The notes: generated from the sequence alone by a model not told the origin. A stretch of 64,000 nt of DNA from Thermoleophilaceae bacterium (GCA_025928345.1 JAICJR010000001.1:727-64726), one strand, 5' to 3'. Shown: positions 35,741 to 44,827, numbered from the stretch's first letter. Numbers and translations: made by a program.

Positions 35741-37390
35741 TTGCGGCGGCACGCCGCCACCTTAGTGAGCCACGCCACGGACACAGAGACCCAGCCGACG
35801 CCTACGCGCGACGCGGCCGAGCAGCGGAGCCGTCTGGTAAAGAACACGGCGTTCTACTCGCTCGCGACGGGCATGTCGCGGATCGCGGGACTCGTGCGCG
35901 AGATCGTGGCGGCGAGCAAGTTCGGCGTGACCGGGCCGATGTCCGCATTCACGATCGCCTACCAGGTGCCGAACGTGTTGCGAGCGCTGTTCGCCGAGGG
36001 TCCGCTGCAGGCCGGCTTCGTCCCGGTGTTCACCGAGCTGCTCGAGCGCGGCGACCGCCGCGAGGCCTTCCGCGTGGCCTCCGCGGTGTTCTGGCTGATC
36101 TGCCTCGTGATGGGCGCGCTCACCGCGATCTTCGTGCTGGTCGCGCCTGTGGTGATGCCGCTGTTCGCGCCCGGCTTCCAGGACCACCCCGAGCTCCGCC
36201 ACCTCACGATCCACCTCGCGCAGATCGTGTTCCTCACGGTTCCGCTGCTCGGCCTCTCCGGGCTGATCGTCGGGATGCTCTACGCGTTCGACCACTTCGC
36301 CGCTCCCGCGATCGCGCCGCTCGCGTGGAACGTCGTGGTGATCGGCTGCCTGCTCGGCGTCACGCCCGTCCTGCCGGCGGACAAGCGCATCTACGCCTAC
36401 GCCATCGGAGTGCTGGGCGGCACCGTCGTGCAGCTGCTCCTGCCGATGCCGTGGCTGCGCAACCGCGGCGGCAGCTTCACGTTCACGCTCGACTGGCGCA
36501 ACGAGCACGTGCGCCGCGCCCTGAAGCTGATGCTCCCGGTGACGATCGCGCTCGGGATCGTGAGCCTGAACCTGCTGGTGGACTCGTTCTTCGCCACCTT
36601 CGTGAGCAAGGAGGCGCCCGCCGCCATCGACCGCGCGTTCCGCCTCTCGCAGCTTCCGCAGGGGCTCTTCTCGGTGGCGATCGCAACGGTGATCTTCCCC
36701 ACGCTCGCGCGCCACGCCGTTCGCGGAGAGCGGGACGAGCTGCGCCACACGATGGCGAACGGCATCCGTCAGATCTGCCTGCTCCTGATCCCTGCCGCGC
36801 TGCTGATGATCGTCCTGGCGGTGCCGTCCACCCGGCTCGTGTACCAGCGCGGCGAGTTCACCGCGGGCGCCACGCACCTCGTGTCGCGAGCGCTGATCTG
36901 GTGGGCGGTGACGCTGCCGTTCGAGGGCATGAGCCTGCTCTATTCGCGCACCTTCTTCAGCCTGCAGCGAACCTGGATCACGATCGCGTTCGCCATCACG
37001 AACCTCGTCCTGAACGCGGGAGTGGCCGCGGCGCTTCACGGGCCGTTCGGCATCTCGGGCGTGGTGCTCGGCACGGTGAGCGGCACCGCCGCGATGACCT
37101 TCTTCCAGATGGCAATCCTGCGCCGCGACCTCGGCAGCATCGAGGGACGCGCGACCGCCTCAGCGGTCGCGCGCATGCTCACCGCAGGCGCAGCCCTCGC
37201 CGGCTCGAGCTGGCTCGTGTGGCACGTGCTCGACAGCGCGCTGGGACGCTCGCTTCCAGCACAGATCATCTCCCTGGCCGCGGGCATAGCCGTCGGCCTC
37301 GCCGTATATGCCACCGGCGTGCTGGTCCTAAAGGTGCCGGAAGCCGGTCAGATCAAGCGCCTCATCGCCGGGCGGCTGGGCCGGACCTAG
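35741..37390 (+). CDS. murJ: lipid II flippase MurJ (MviN family)
   Basis: ...SRIAGLVREIVAASKFGVTGPMSAFTIAYQVPNVLRALFAEG...FVPVF... lies in a polytopic protein of about 14 TM helices. The start is uncertain (TTG 35741 or GTG 35765). Confidence 0.9.
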   Translation: MRRHAATLVSHATDTETQPTPTRDAAEQRSRLVKNTAFYSLATGMSRIAGLVREIVAASKFGVTGPMSAFTIAYQVPNVLRALFAEGPLQAGFVPVFTELLERGDRREAFRVASAVFWLICLVMGALTAIFVLVAPVVMPLFAPGFQDHPELRHLTIHLAQIVFLTVPLLGLSGLIVGMLYAFDHFAAPAIAPLAWNVVVIGCLLGVTPVLPADKRIYAYAIGVLGGTVVQLLLPMPWLRNRGGSFTFTLDWRNEHVRRALKLMLPVTIALGIVSLNLLVDSFFATFVSKEAPAAIDRAFRLSQLPQGLFSVAIATVIFPTLARHAVRGERDELRHTMANGIRQICLLLIPAALLMIVLAVPSTRLVYQRGEFTAGATHLVSRALIWWAVTLPFEGMSLLYSRTFFSLQRTWITIAFAITNLVLNAGVAAALHGPFGISGVVLGTVSGTAAMTFFQMAILRRDLGSIEGRATASAVARMLTAGAALAGSSWLVWHVLDSALGRSLPAQIISLAAGIAVGLAVYATGVLVLKVPEAGQIKRLIAGRLGRT

Positions 37391-37614
37391 AACTGGACTT
37401 TGTCCACCGAGTCCTTGATCTTCTGCAGCACCGTGTCCCCCAACGACTTGCCCTGGTCGGTCTTGTAGCCCTTCATCGCGGTGACGACGCCCGCCATGAT
37501 CAGCGCGACGAGCAGGATCAGCGCGACGTACTCCACCGTTCCCTGACCCGCCTGCCGCCCGAGCCGCCCAAGCGCCCGCAGCCCGCGGCGCACGCCCCTC
37601 AAGATGCCGTTCAT
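37387..37614 (-). CDS. Flp/Fap-type (type IVb, class III signal peptide) pilin-like protein
   Basis: The 75-aa product has a basic leader MNGILRGVRRGLRALGRLGRQAG. This is followed by QGTVEYVALILLVALIMAGVV, which fits the Flp G/xxxxEY processing motif plus a hydrophobic helix. A strong ribosome-binding site (AAGGAGG, 6 nt) precedes the ATG. Confidence 0.55.
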   Translation of the reverse strand: MNGILRGVRRGLRALGRLGRQAGQGTVEYVALILLVALIMAGVVTAMKGYKTDQGKSLGDTVLQKIKDSVDKVQF

Positions 37615-37734
37615 GTATTGCCTCCTTGCCGATGGAAATCGAGTGGAGGCGATGCTCCCGCGGTGCCGGTTACGGCTCCAGACCGGAGCGTGACAAGTTC
37701 GCCACAGCCGTGTGAAAGACAGCGAACGCGGCGG

Positions 37735-40104
37735 CTACGCCGGCACAGCGACCGGCTCGTGCCGCGCCCGCTCCTCGAGCAGGGGCAGCAGCCGCTCCGC
37801 CGGCTGCGGGCGCGAGACCAGGTAGCCCTGGATGAGGGTGCAGCCGAGGCCATCGAGCACCTGCAGCTGGTGGTCCGACTCCACGCCTTCGGCCAGCACC
37901 TCGAGGCCGAGAGCGTGCGCCATCCCCACGATCGCCTCGACGAGGTGGCGGTCACGGCGGTCGCGGCCAAGCCGCGTGATGAACGAGCGGTCGATCTTCA
38001 GCTCGTCCACCGGCAGCTCGTGCAGGTAGGCGAGCGACGAGTAGCCCGTGCCGAAGTCGTCGATCGAGAGAGCCACCCCGAGGCGCTTCAGCCCCATGAG
38101 GTGGGTGAGGTCGCGCGCCGCCTCGCGCATGAGCGATGTCTCGGTGATCTCGAGACACAGCTGCGAGGGCGGCAGCCCGCTGTCGGCGAGCGCGCACTGC
38201 ACGAACTCGTGAAAGCGCGCATCGGTGAGCTGCGCCGCCGCCACGTTGACCGACATCCGCAGCGGGTATCCCGCCGCCGTCCACGCCGCCGCCTGGCGGC
38301 ACGCGCGCTCGAGCACGTAGCGGTCGATCTGGAAGATCTGCCCCGTCTCCTCGGCCACGCCGATGAACTCGGGGGGTGTGACGATTCCGCGCTCCGGGTG
38401 GCGCCAGCGAACGAGCGCCTCGGTCCCGACGATGCGCCCGCTGCGGGCCTCCACGAGCGGCTGGTAGTACACCTCGAGCTGCTCCTCCTGCAGCGCGGTC
38501 CAGAGCGCGTGCTCGACCGCGAGATGCTCGGTCGCGCGCAGGTGAAGGTCGCGGTCGAAGCGCTGGATGTCGCGGCCGCTGCGCCGCGCCTCGCGCATCG
38601 CGCTGTCCGCCTCGCGCAGCAGCTGGTCGCTCGTGGTGGCCTCGCGCGCGAACGCCACGCCCACGGACGCGTTCAGCAAGATGTCGGACACCGGCCCGCG
38701 GAACGGCTCCGCCAGCGCGGCGCGCAGCCGCTCCGCCAGCTCCCAGGCGCCCTGCTCGCCCACCGTCGAGGAGAGGACGAGGAACTCGCTGCCGCCGGAG
38801 CGGGCCAGCGTGTCACCGGGTCGGATCGCCTCGCTCAACCGGGCGGCCGCCTCAGCGAGCACGCGGTCTCCCGTGGCGCGGCCGAAGCCTTCGTTCACCA
38901 CGTCGAGCCGGTTCATGCGCAGCCGCAGGACGGCGATCCCCGGACCACTCGACCGCTGCAGCGCATCGTCGAGCCGCTGCCGGAAGAGAGCGAAGTTCGG
39001 CAGCCCTGTCTCCTGGTCGTGGGTGGCCTGGTGCAGGAGCTCTGCCTCGTGGCCCGCGCGCAGGTCGAGCAGCGCGTTGAAGCGCCGCGCGAGCGCGACC
39101 AGCTCGGACGTGCCTCTCTCCTCCACGCGCGTGCCGTTCTCGGCGAAGCGCGCGCGGCCGACCGCACGCGACAGTGCCCGTAGCGGGCGCGCCACCTGCC
39201 GGTTGAGGAACCAGCCGGCCAGCGCGAGGATCAGGAGCGCCAGCGCACCCGCGAGCACCTGCCGTTCGAGCGTTCCCCGGGCACCCGCCAGCACCGCCGA
39301 TCGAGGTACGCCGGCAGCGACCGTCCAGGGGCTGCCCGGCACGTGGGCGGACGCGATTACGCGCCCCCCTTGCCCGCGCACGGCGCCAACCCTCGCGCCG
39401 GACGCCCTGTCCACCAGCATGAATTCCGGATGGCGCGCGCCCCCGACCTTCGCGGCTAGCGCTGCCGCGGTGCGGTCAACGTGCTCGAACGCCACGACCG
39501 CGCCCACCGTCTTGCCGCCGCTGCCCTTCACCGGTGCCGCCACGATGACGGCCGGCCGGTGGGTGGGCGCGTCGGTCGCGTCCCAGGAGACGAACGGGCG
39601 CTGAGCCTGGAGAGCGCGGGTGAGCCACGCGCTGCCGCGGTGAGCGCCGGGCGCGCGCACGGCCGCCGAAGGCGCCGAGGTGCAGACCACGCGGCCGTCT
39701 CGCCCGACGATGTCGAGCCGCACGCTCGGGAACGCCTCCGAGCCCTCCACCGTGAGCTGGCAGTCCCGCGGAGGGCCCGCGGCGAACGCCTTGTCGAGGC
39801 CCGGCTGGCCGGCGACCCCCGCGACAGACTTCTCGGCGTCAGTGGTTGCCGACGCGATGAGCGTGGCCGCGCGTCGCGCCTCGAGGTTCATCTCGGTGCG
39901 GGCCGACGAGCGCGCGTGCGCCGCGCCCCAGAGATAGCCGTAGGCGGTGGCGCCGCCGATTGCGGCAGCGCTCGCCGCGACGATCAGAGCCAGGTAAGTG
40001 GTGACGGACGAGGGCGCACCGGAGCGCCGTGTGGTGGCTTCCCTGCCAATCGCGTCCCCCTGTTCGCCCATCCGCTCGGATCGTAGGTCAACGGACCTCG
40101 CCAA
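37735..40104 (-). CDS. membrane sensor protein with periplasmic domain, HAMP, degenerate GGDEF (GGSEF) and intact EAL domain; probable c-di-GMP phosphodiesterase
   Basis: Two TM segments flank a roughly 250-aa extracytoplasmic domain. The GGDEF region reads RPGDTLARSGGSEFLVL, with RxxD retained and the A-site D/E replaced by S. EAL signatures are EALVRW, SVNV, EITET, DDFGTGYSSL, KIDRSF, AEGVES and QGY. Confidence 0.9.
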   Translation of the reverse strand: MARSVDLRSERMGEQGDAIGREATTRRSGAPSSVTTYLALIVAASAAAIGGATAYGYLWGAAHARSSARTEMNLEARRAATLIASATTDAEKSVAGVAGQPGLDKAFAAGPPRDCQLTVEGSEAFPSVRLDIVGRDGRVVCTSAPSAAVRAPGAHRGSAWLTRALQAQRPFVSWDATDAPTHRPAVIVAAPVKGSGGKTVGAVVAFEHVDRTAAALAAKVGGARHPEFMLVDRASGARVGAVRGQGGRVIASAHVPGSPWTVAAGVPRSAVLAGARGTLERQVLAGALALLILALAGWFLNRQVARPLRALSRAVGRARFAENGTRVEERGTSELVALARRFNALLDLRAGHEAELLHQATHDQETGLPNFALFRQRLDDALQRSSGPGIAVLRLRMNRLDVVNEGFGRATGDRVLAEAAARLSEAIRPGDTLARSGGSEFLVLSSTVGEQGAWELAERLRAALAEPFRGPVSDILLNASVGVAFAREATTSDQLLREADSAMREARRSGRDIQRFDRDLHLRATEHLAVEHALWTALQEEQLEVYYQPLVEARSGRIVGTEALVRWRHPERGIVTPPEFIGVAEETGQIFQIDRYVLERACRQAAAWTAAGYPLRMSVNVAAAQLTDARFHEFVQCALADSGLPPSQLCLEITETSLMREAARDLTHLMGLKRLGVALSIDDFGTGYSSLAYLHELPVDELKIDRSFITRLGRDRRDRHLVEAIVGMAHALGLEVLAEGVESDHQLQVLDGLGCTLIQGYLVSRPQPAERLLPLLEERARHEPVAVPA

Positions 40105-40177
40105 TCTGGGGTATTTGGCCTGCTAAACGGACGGATTTCCGAAGACCGGGCGCACGAGCACTCGCTATGCCGCGAGG

Positions 40178-42361
40178 CTACGGCTGGTAGGGACGGCACG
40201 GCTCGCCACGCAGCCCCGGGCACGGTGGCAACGACGTGGGCACGTTCACGCCTGGCACGACGGGCAGGACCAGGCGCGATGGCATTCCCGCGCCATGGCC
40301 CACCAACACGGATGCCTTGCCGTGCGGCACCGTATTGGCGAACGACCACACCGGTTGATCCCCGTTCGGCGCGCTGATCGTCACGCGGATGCGCGAGCCC
40401 GCGCGGTACGCGTGGCCCTCGTAATAGAGAGGAACGGTGACCTTGGTGAAGCGCCCTCGCGGCAGCGGCGCGGCGTCGCGCCGGCGCAGGCTCAGGACGG
40501 GCTCGAGCAGGGTGCTCTTGCGCGCGTCCAGCTTCCGGACGCTCGCCCGCAGCCAGCCGCTCTGCACGTAGGTCTCGATGCCATCCGGACGCACCTCTGA
40601 CACGGTCACCTGCAGGTCCACGTTCCGCGCGCTCGACTTGATCCACGCCTGGAGTGCGCCCGCTCCCACCACGACGGTGTTCGCCGTGAGCGGCGAGCTC
40701 ACGTAAGAGGCTGCCGTGCCGGGCGGGCTCGGGAGCCAGCGGTACGGAGGAGTGGCCGTCCACAGCCCGTTCGTGCCGGCGCCGGTGTTGCCGCTGAAGT
40801 CCGTGGCGGGGTGGGCCGCCTTGTTCCAGGTGAAGCTGTCGCTGCCGGCGGCGGCGGGCGCGGTGTCGGCGAGCGCGCCGCCGTCGCCGAGGTACCAGGA
40901 GCGCGCCTGCGTGCCCGGGATCGGGAAGCGCGCGAACGACTGCTCGAAGCCCGGGAAGGGCATGCCGGGAGCCGAGCCGCCGGCGCCGTTGTCGAACAGG
41001 ACTCGCACGGGCGGCAGCGCCTGGAACGCGGCGAGCGCGCTCGAGTAGTCCGGCCGCGCCTGGATCGGATCGTCCGGGAGGGTCACGTTCGGCACGCCCA
41101 TCGCGCTCGCGAAGACGGTCGGTGCGAACGACTTCACCGCCTGCGACAGCTGCGGCCTCTGCCTCGCCACGTACAGCTCGAGGAAGTCGTACCAGCGGTT
41201 GAAGGTGGCGGGATCCAGCGAGTCGACGTGCACGCCGTTCGTGAACGTGAACCACTTCCGGCGCGTGCCCGTGAAGTGCTCCGCGAGATCCGCGCAGTGG
41301 CCGCCGGTCTGCTCGTCGGTCCACTGGCAGGCCATGTACACCGGCACGTCGATCCTGCGGACGAACGTGATCGGGGACAGCGGGTCGGCCACCTTCGGCA
41401 CGTAGTAGTTGTTCCGGTAGGTCTTGGCGATGAGGTCGACGGCTGCGCCGTGGAGCGCCTGATTGGCCTTGCACACGCGGTCCCCGCCGCGGATGCGCTT
41501 GAGGGCCCACGCTTGGCCGCCCGTGCGCGACGCCGGCTTCGCGTCATGCACCCGGTCCTTCGCCCAGCTCAGCGCGAAGCCCGTGTTGAGAATCCCGCCC
41601 GGGTAGAGCGTGGTCTGCGTGTTGTCGATCACCGACAGCGGGGCGATCGCGGCCAGGCTCGGCGGACGGGTCTCCGCGACGAACAGCTGGCTGATCCCGC
41701 CGTAGGAGATGCCCATCATCCCCACCTTGTGGTGCAGCACCCACGGCTGCCGCGCGACCGTCTCGACCACGTCGTAGCCGTCGAGTCCCTGGAGCGGCTC
41801 GAAGTAGTCGAACGCGCCGCCCGAGCAGCCGGTGCCACGCATGTTCACGTCGACCACCGCGAAGCCGAGCAGTGTCGCGATCGGCTCGATCGAGCTCTGG
41901 GGCCCATCGGGATTCGCGTAGCCGTAGCCCGAGTATTCGACGAGCGTCGGGAACGGTCCCTTCCCCGCCGGCAGGTGAACGTCGATCGCGAGCTTGGTGC
42001 CGTCGCGAGTGGTGAGGTAGCCGTAGCCGGAGGCCGGGATCTTCTGCCTGTAGACCTTCGTGCTGGGCGGCGCCGGACGGGTGGAGAACACGGCGAACGG
42101 CCGCGACGTAGCCGAGCCGGCGCGCACCCGGTAGCCGCGCCCGGGCTCCACGTTGCGGAAGACGACGCCCCCGAGCGAGTCGGCGCGACGCGAGCTCACA
42201 CGGCGGCCACCTCGACTCAAGAGCATCGCGCGCGCGTGACCCTTCACTCCAGTGACCTGCACCTGCTCCGCGCTGCCGCGCACAGTGAGGCGCGCGGCGG
42301 CGGGCGAGGCGAAGCCGACGAGCGCGACCAGAGCGCTCACCGCGAGGATGAGTCCTTTCAT
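40178..42361 (-). CDS. secreted CocE/NonD-family (S15 X-Pro dipeptidyl-peptidase-like) serine hydrolase
   Basis: A signal peptide MKGLILAVSALVALVGFASPAAA is followed by ...YLTTRDGTKLAIDVHLP..., VDVNMRGTGCSGG and the nucleophile elbow GMMGISYGG. A large C-terminal beta-sandwich region completes the protein. Confidence 0.83.
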   Translation of the reverse strand: MKGLILAVSALVALVGFASPAAARLTVRGSAEQVQVTGVKGHARAMLLSRGGRRVSSRRADSLGGVVFRNVEPGRGYRVRAGSATSRPFAVFSTRPAPPSTKVYRQKIPASGYGYLTTRDGTKLAIDVHLPAGKGPFPTLVEYSGYGYANPDGPQSSIEPIATLLGFAVVDVNMRGTGCSGGAFDYFEPLQGLDGYDVVETVARQPWVLHHKVGMMGISYGGISQLFVAETRPPSLAAIAPLSVIDNTQTTLYPGGILNTGFALSWAKDRVHDAKPASRTGGQAWALKRIRGGDRVCKANQALHGAAVDLIAKTYRNNYYVPKVADPLSPITFVRRIDVPVYMACQWTDEQTGGHCADLAEHFTGTRRKWFTFTNGVHVDSLDPATFNRWYDFLELYVARQRPQLSQAVKSFAPTVFASAMGVPNVTLPDDPIQARPDYSSALAAFQALPPVRVLFDNGAGGSAPGMPFPGFEQSFARFPIPGTQARSWYLGDGGALADTAPAAAGSDSFTWNKAAHPATDFSGNTGAGTNGLWTATPPYRWLPSPPGTAASYVSSPLTANTVVVGAGALQAWIKSSARNVDLQVTVSEVRPDGIETYVQSGWLRASVRKLDARKSTLLEPVLSLRRRDAAPLPRGRFTKVTVPLYYEGHAYRAGSRIRVTISAPNGDQPVWSFANTVPHGKASVLVGHGAGMPSRLVLPVVPGVNVPTSLPPCPGLRGEPCRPYQP

Positions 42362-42407
42362 CTGAAAAGAACCTTCTCAGATACGGCGGCGGAGCTAGTC
42401 TCTCCGC

Positions 42408-43883
42408 GTGAGCTCGCGGTCTGTAGCGGTGGTGGGCGCCGGGTTCGGCGGCGTGGGCACGCTCGTGATGCTGAAGCGCGCCGGCTACGAGAACGTGACC
42501 GTCTTCGAGAAGGGCGAGCGCGTGGGCGGCGTGTGGAACTACAACACGTACCCCGGCGCGGCCTGCGACGTGCCGTCGCACCTCTACGAGTTCTCGTTCG
42601 CCCCCAACCCGCGCTGGTCGCGCCGCTATGCGCCGCAGGCCGAGATCCAGGCGTACATCGAGGACGTCGCGCGGCGCGAGGGAGTGTTCGACCGCGTGAG
42701 GACGAACACCGAGGTGGAGCGCGCCACCTGGGACGAGGAGCGCGCGAAGTGGACACTCCAGACGAGCGCGGGCGAGCACGAGGCGGACGTGCTCGTGACC
42801 GCCTGTGGCCAGCTCTCGGTACCGAGCGTCCCGCCGCTTCCGGGCCTCGACAGCTTCGCCGGCCCCGCCTTCCACACGGCGGAGTGGCGGCATGACGTCG
42901 AGCTGCAAGGCAAGCGCGTGGCAGTGATCGGCACCGGCTGCAGCGCCATACAGACGGTGCCCGCGATCCAGCCGCTCGTGTCGCACGTCGACGTCTACCA
43001 GCGCTCACCCGGTTGGACGCTGCCGAAGATGGACTTTGCGTACCCCGAGACGGCCAAGAAGCTGTTCGAGCGCTTCCCCGCGCTGCTGCGATTTGACCGC
43101 GCGTTCACGTTTGCCTTCCTCGAAACGGTCACCGCCGCGATGACCTCACGCCGGTGGCTCCTTCCGGTGTTCCGGGCGGTCGCCCGCCGTCAGATCAACC
43201 GCGCGATCAAGGACCCGGAGCTGCGCCGCACGGTCACCCCGGGCGACGAGTTCGGCTGCAAGCGGATCATGCTCACCGACGACTGGTATCCCACGCTCAC
43301 CGAGCCGAACGTCGAGCTAGTGACCGACCGCATCGCCGAGGTCACGCCCACAGGGATCCGCACGGCCGACGGCCGCGAGCGTCCAGCCGACGTCCTCGTG
43401 CTCGCCACCGGCTTCAAGTCGCACGCGTTCGTCGCCCCGATGGAGATCGAGGGACCCGGCGGCCACACACTCGCCGAGGAGTGGCGAGATGTCGCGCGCG
43501 CGTACCTGGGCCTGAGCGTGCCCGGCTTCCCGAACATGTTCGTGCTGTACGGCCCGAACACCAACGGCGGGGCGGTGTCGATCATCCACCAGCTCGAATC
43601 GGGGATCGGCCACGTGATCGCCGCGCTGCGCGAGCTCGACACTCGTCGGGCGGACCGCATCGAGCTGACGCGCGAAGCCAGCGATGCGTTCAACCGTGAG
43701 CTGCGGGACGCTCTCGCCGGCACCGTGTGGCACTCGGGCTGCACCAGCTGGTACGTGGACGAGGACGGGAACGACCCGAGCCAGTGGCCGTGGCAGTGGA
43801 CGGCCTACCGGCGGCGCACGGCAACACTGGCGCCGGGCGCGTACAGATTCAGCGCTAACGAACGCGTACCAGTCGCATCGTGA
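42408..43883 (+). CDS. flavin-dependent (Baeyer-Villiger type) monooxygenase
   Basis: The FAD motif VAVVGAGFGGVG, the BVMO fingerprint FAGPAFHTAEW (FxGxxxHxxxW) and the NADP motif VAVIGTGCSAIQ are present. Confidence 0.87.
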   Translation: MSSRSVAVVGAGFGGVGTLVMLKRAGYENVTVFEKGERVGGVWNYNTYPGAACDVPSHLYEFSFAPNPRWSRRYAPQAEIQAYIEDVARREGVFDRVRTNTEVERATWDEERAKWTLQTSAGEHEADVLVTACGQLSVPSVPPLPGLDSFAGPAFHTAEWRHDVELQGKRVAVIGTGCSAIQTVPAIQPLVSHVDVYQRSPGWTLPKMDFAYPETAKKLFERFPALLRFDRAFTFAFLETVTAAMTSRRWLLPVFRAVARRQINRAIKDPELRRTVTPGDEFGCKRIMLTDDWYPTLTEPNVELVTDRIAEVTPTGIRTADGRERPADVLVLATGFKSHAFVAPMEIEGPGGHTLAEEWRDVARAYLGLSVPGFPNMFVLYGPNTNGGAVSIIHQLESGIGHVIAALRELDTRRADRIELTREASDAFNRELRDALAGTVWHSGCTSWYVDEDGNDPSQWPWQWTAYRRRTATLAPGAYRFSANERVPVAS

Positions 43884-43907
43884 ATTTGAGCGTCGAGACG
43901 GCGCTCG

Positions 43908-44291
43908 TCACGTCGAATGGTTCTCGTAGTCCTTTGGGGGCAGGATGTCCGGGAACCCAAACGCCAGGGGCATCGGGCAGTTGGGCTGGTAGCCCTTGAG
44001 GTCCTCGAGCGCGAATGACACCTGGTTGCGGCCGCCCTGGAGGAGCAGCGTGAGGCGGAAGCTCGCCTGACCGCAGTTCGAGTTCGGCTGGGGGCCGCAC
44101 GCCAGCGCCGCGTCGCCGGTCGGAGCGAACTGGCTCTGGCGGTCGATCGTCGCCTTGGCGGTCATCGTGCTGTCCCCCAGGCCCCGCGTGTTGAAGATGT
44201 TCAGCTCGCTGCTGCGCCTTGGGCGCTCGAACTGGAACACGCGCGACTTGACCGACTTGAAGGTGGCCGTCTCGCTGGCGGAGCGCATCAT
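43908..44291 (-). CDS. hypothetical protein
   Basis: The 127-aa ORF sits in a locally lower-GC stretch and has ordinary composition (...SELNIFNTRGLGDSTMTAKATIDRQSQFAPTGDAALACGPQPNSNCGQASFRLTLLLQGGRNQVSFALEDLKGYQPNCPMPLAFGFPDILPPKDYENHST). It has no signal peptide and I recognise no family. The overlapping ORF 43855..44304 is Arg-rich junk. The start is uncertain. Confidence 0.45.
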   Translation of the reverse strand: MMRSASETATFKSVKSRVFQFERPRRSSELNIFNTRGLGDSTMTAKATIDRQSQFAPTGDAALACGPQPNSNCGQASFRLTLLLQGGRNQVSFALEDLKGYQPNCPMPLAFGFPDILPPKDYENHST

Positions 44292-44328
44292 CCGACCGTT
44301 TCACGGTCGCGCGCCCCCCCGCAAACGC

Positions 44329-44778
44329 TCAGTCAGAGTCCAGACCGCTCAGCTTGCGCAGGAGCGCGTGGAGCTGCTTGCGCTCGTCTCGCGTGAGCGG
44401 CGCGAACACCTCGCGGCCAACGACGGTGCCCACCTTGCGCCCCTCTCGCAGCGCCTGTTCGCCCGCGTCGGTGAGGTAGATCGCGCGCTTGCGGCGATCG
44501 TCCGGATGCGGGCGGCGCTCGGCGAGGCCACGCTCCTCCAGGCCGTCGAGCGTGGCGACCATCGTGCTCGGATCCACGCCGGCGTGCCGTCCGAGCTCCT
44601 GCTGGGTGGTCCCGCGGCTGCGCGCGAGCACGTTGAGCACGCCGAACTCACGCGGGTGGAGTCCCGTTCGTTCATGAAGCGCCTGCGCGAAGCGGGCGCG
44701 CGAACGGGCTCCGATCCAATTCATCAGAAACCCCGTGTAGCTGCTAAGCGCCTCTGGCGGGCGCTCCTCCCCCAACAT
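44329..44778 (-). CDS. MarR-family transcriptional regulator
   Basis: The wHTH pattern ...REFGVLNVLARSRGTTQQELGRHAGVDPSTMVATLDGLEERGLAERRPHPDDRRKRAIYLTDAG... is present. Confidence 0.9.
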   Translation of the reverse strand: MLGEERPPEALSSYTGFLMNWIGARSRARFAQALHERTGLHPREFGVLNVLARSRGTTQQELGRHAGVDPSTMVATLDGLEERGLAERRPHPDDRRKRAIYLTDAGEQALREGRKVGTVVGREVFAPLTRDERKQLHALLRKLSGLDSD

Positions 44779-44807
44779 CTTGATGAGAATATTACGTTAA
44801 GCCAATC

Positions 44808-44822
44808 GTTTGTGATACAAAC
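44808..44822. promoter_or_regulatory. candidate MarR operator (inverted repeat GTTTGT-GAT-ACAAAC)
   Basis: A perfect 6-bp inverted repeat lies in the 49-nt AT-richer gap between the divergent MarR and MMPL genes. It ends 5 nt before the MMPL ATG. Confidence 0.4.
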
Positions 44823-44827
44823 CATTT

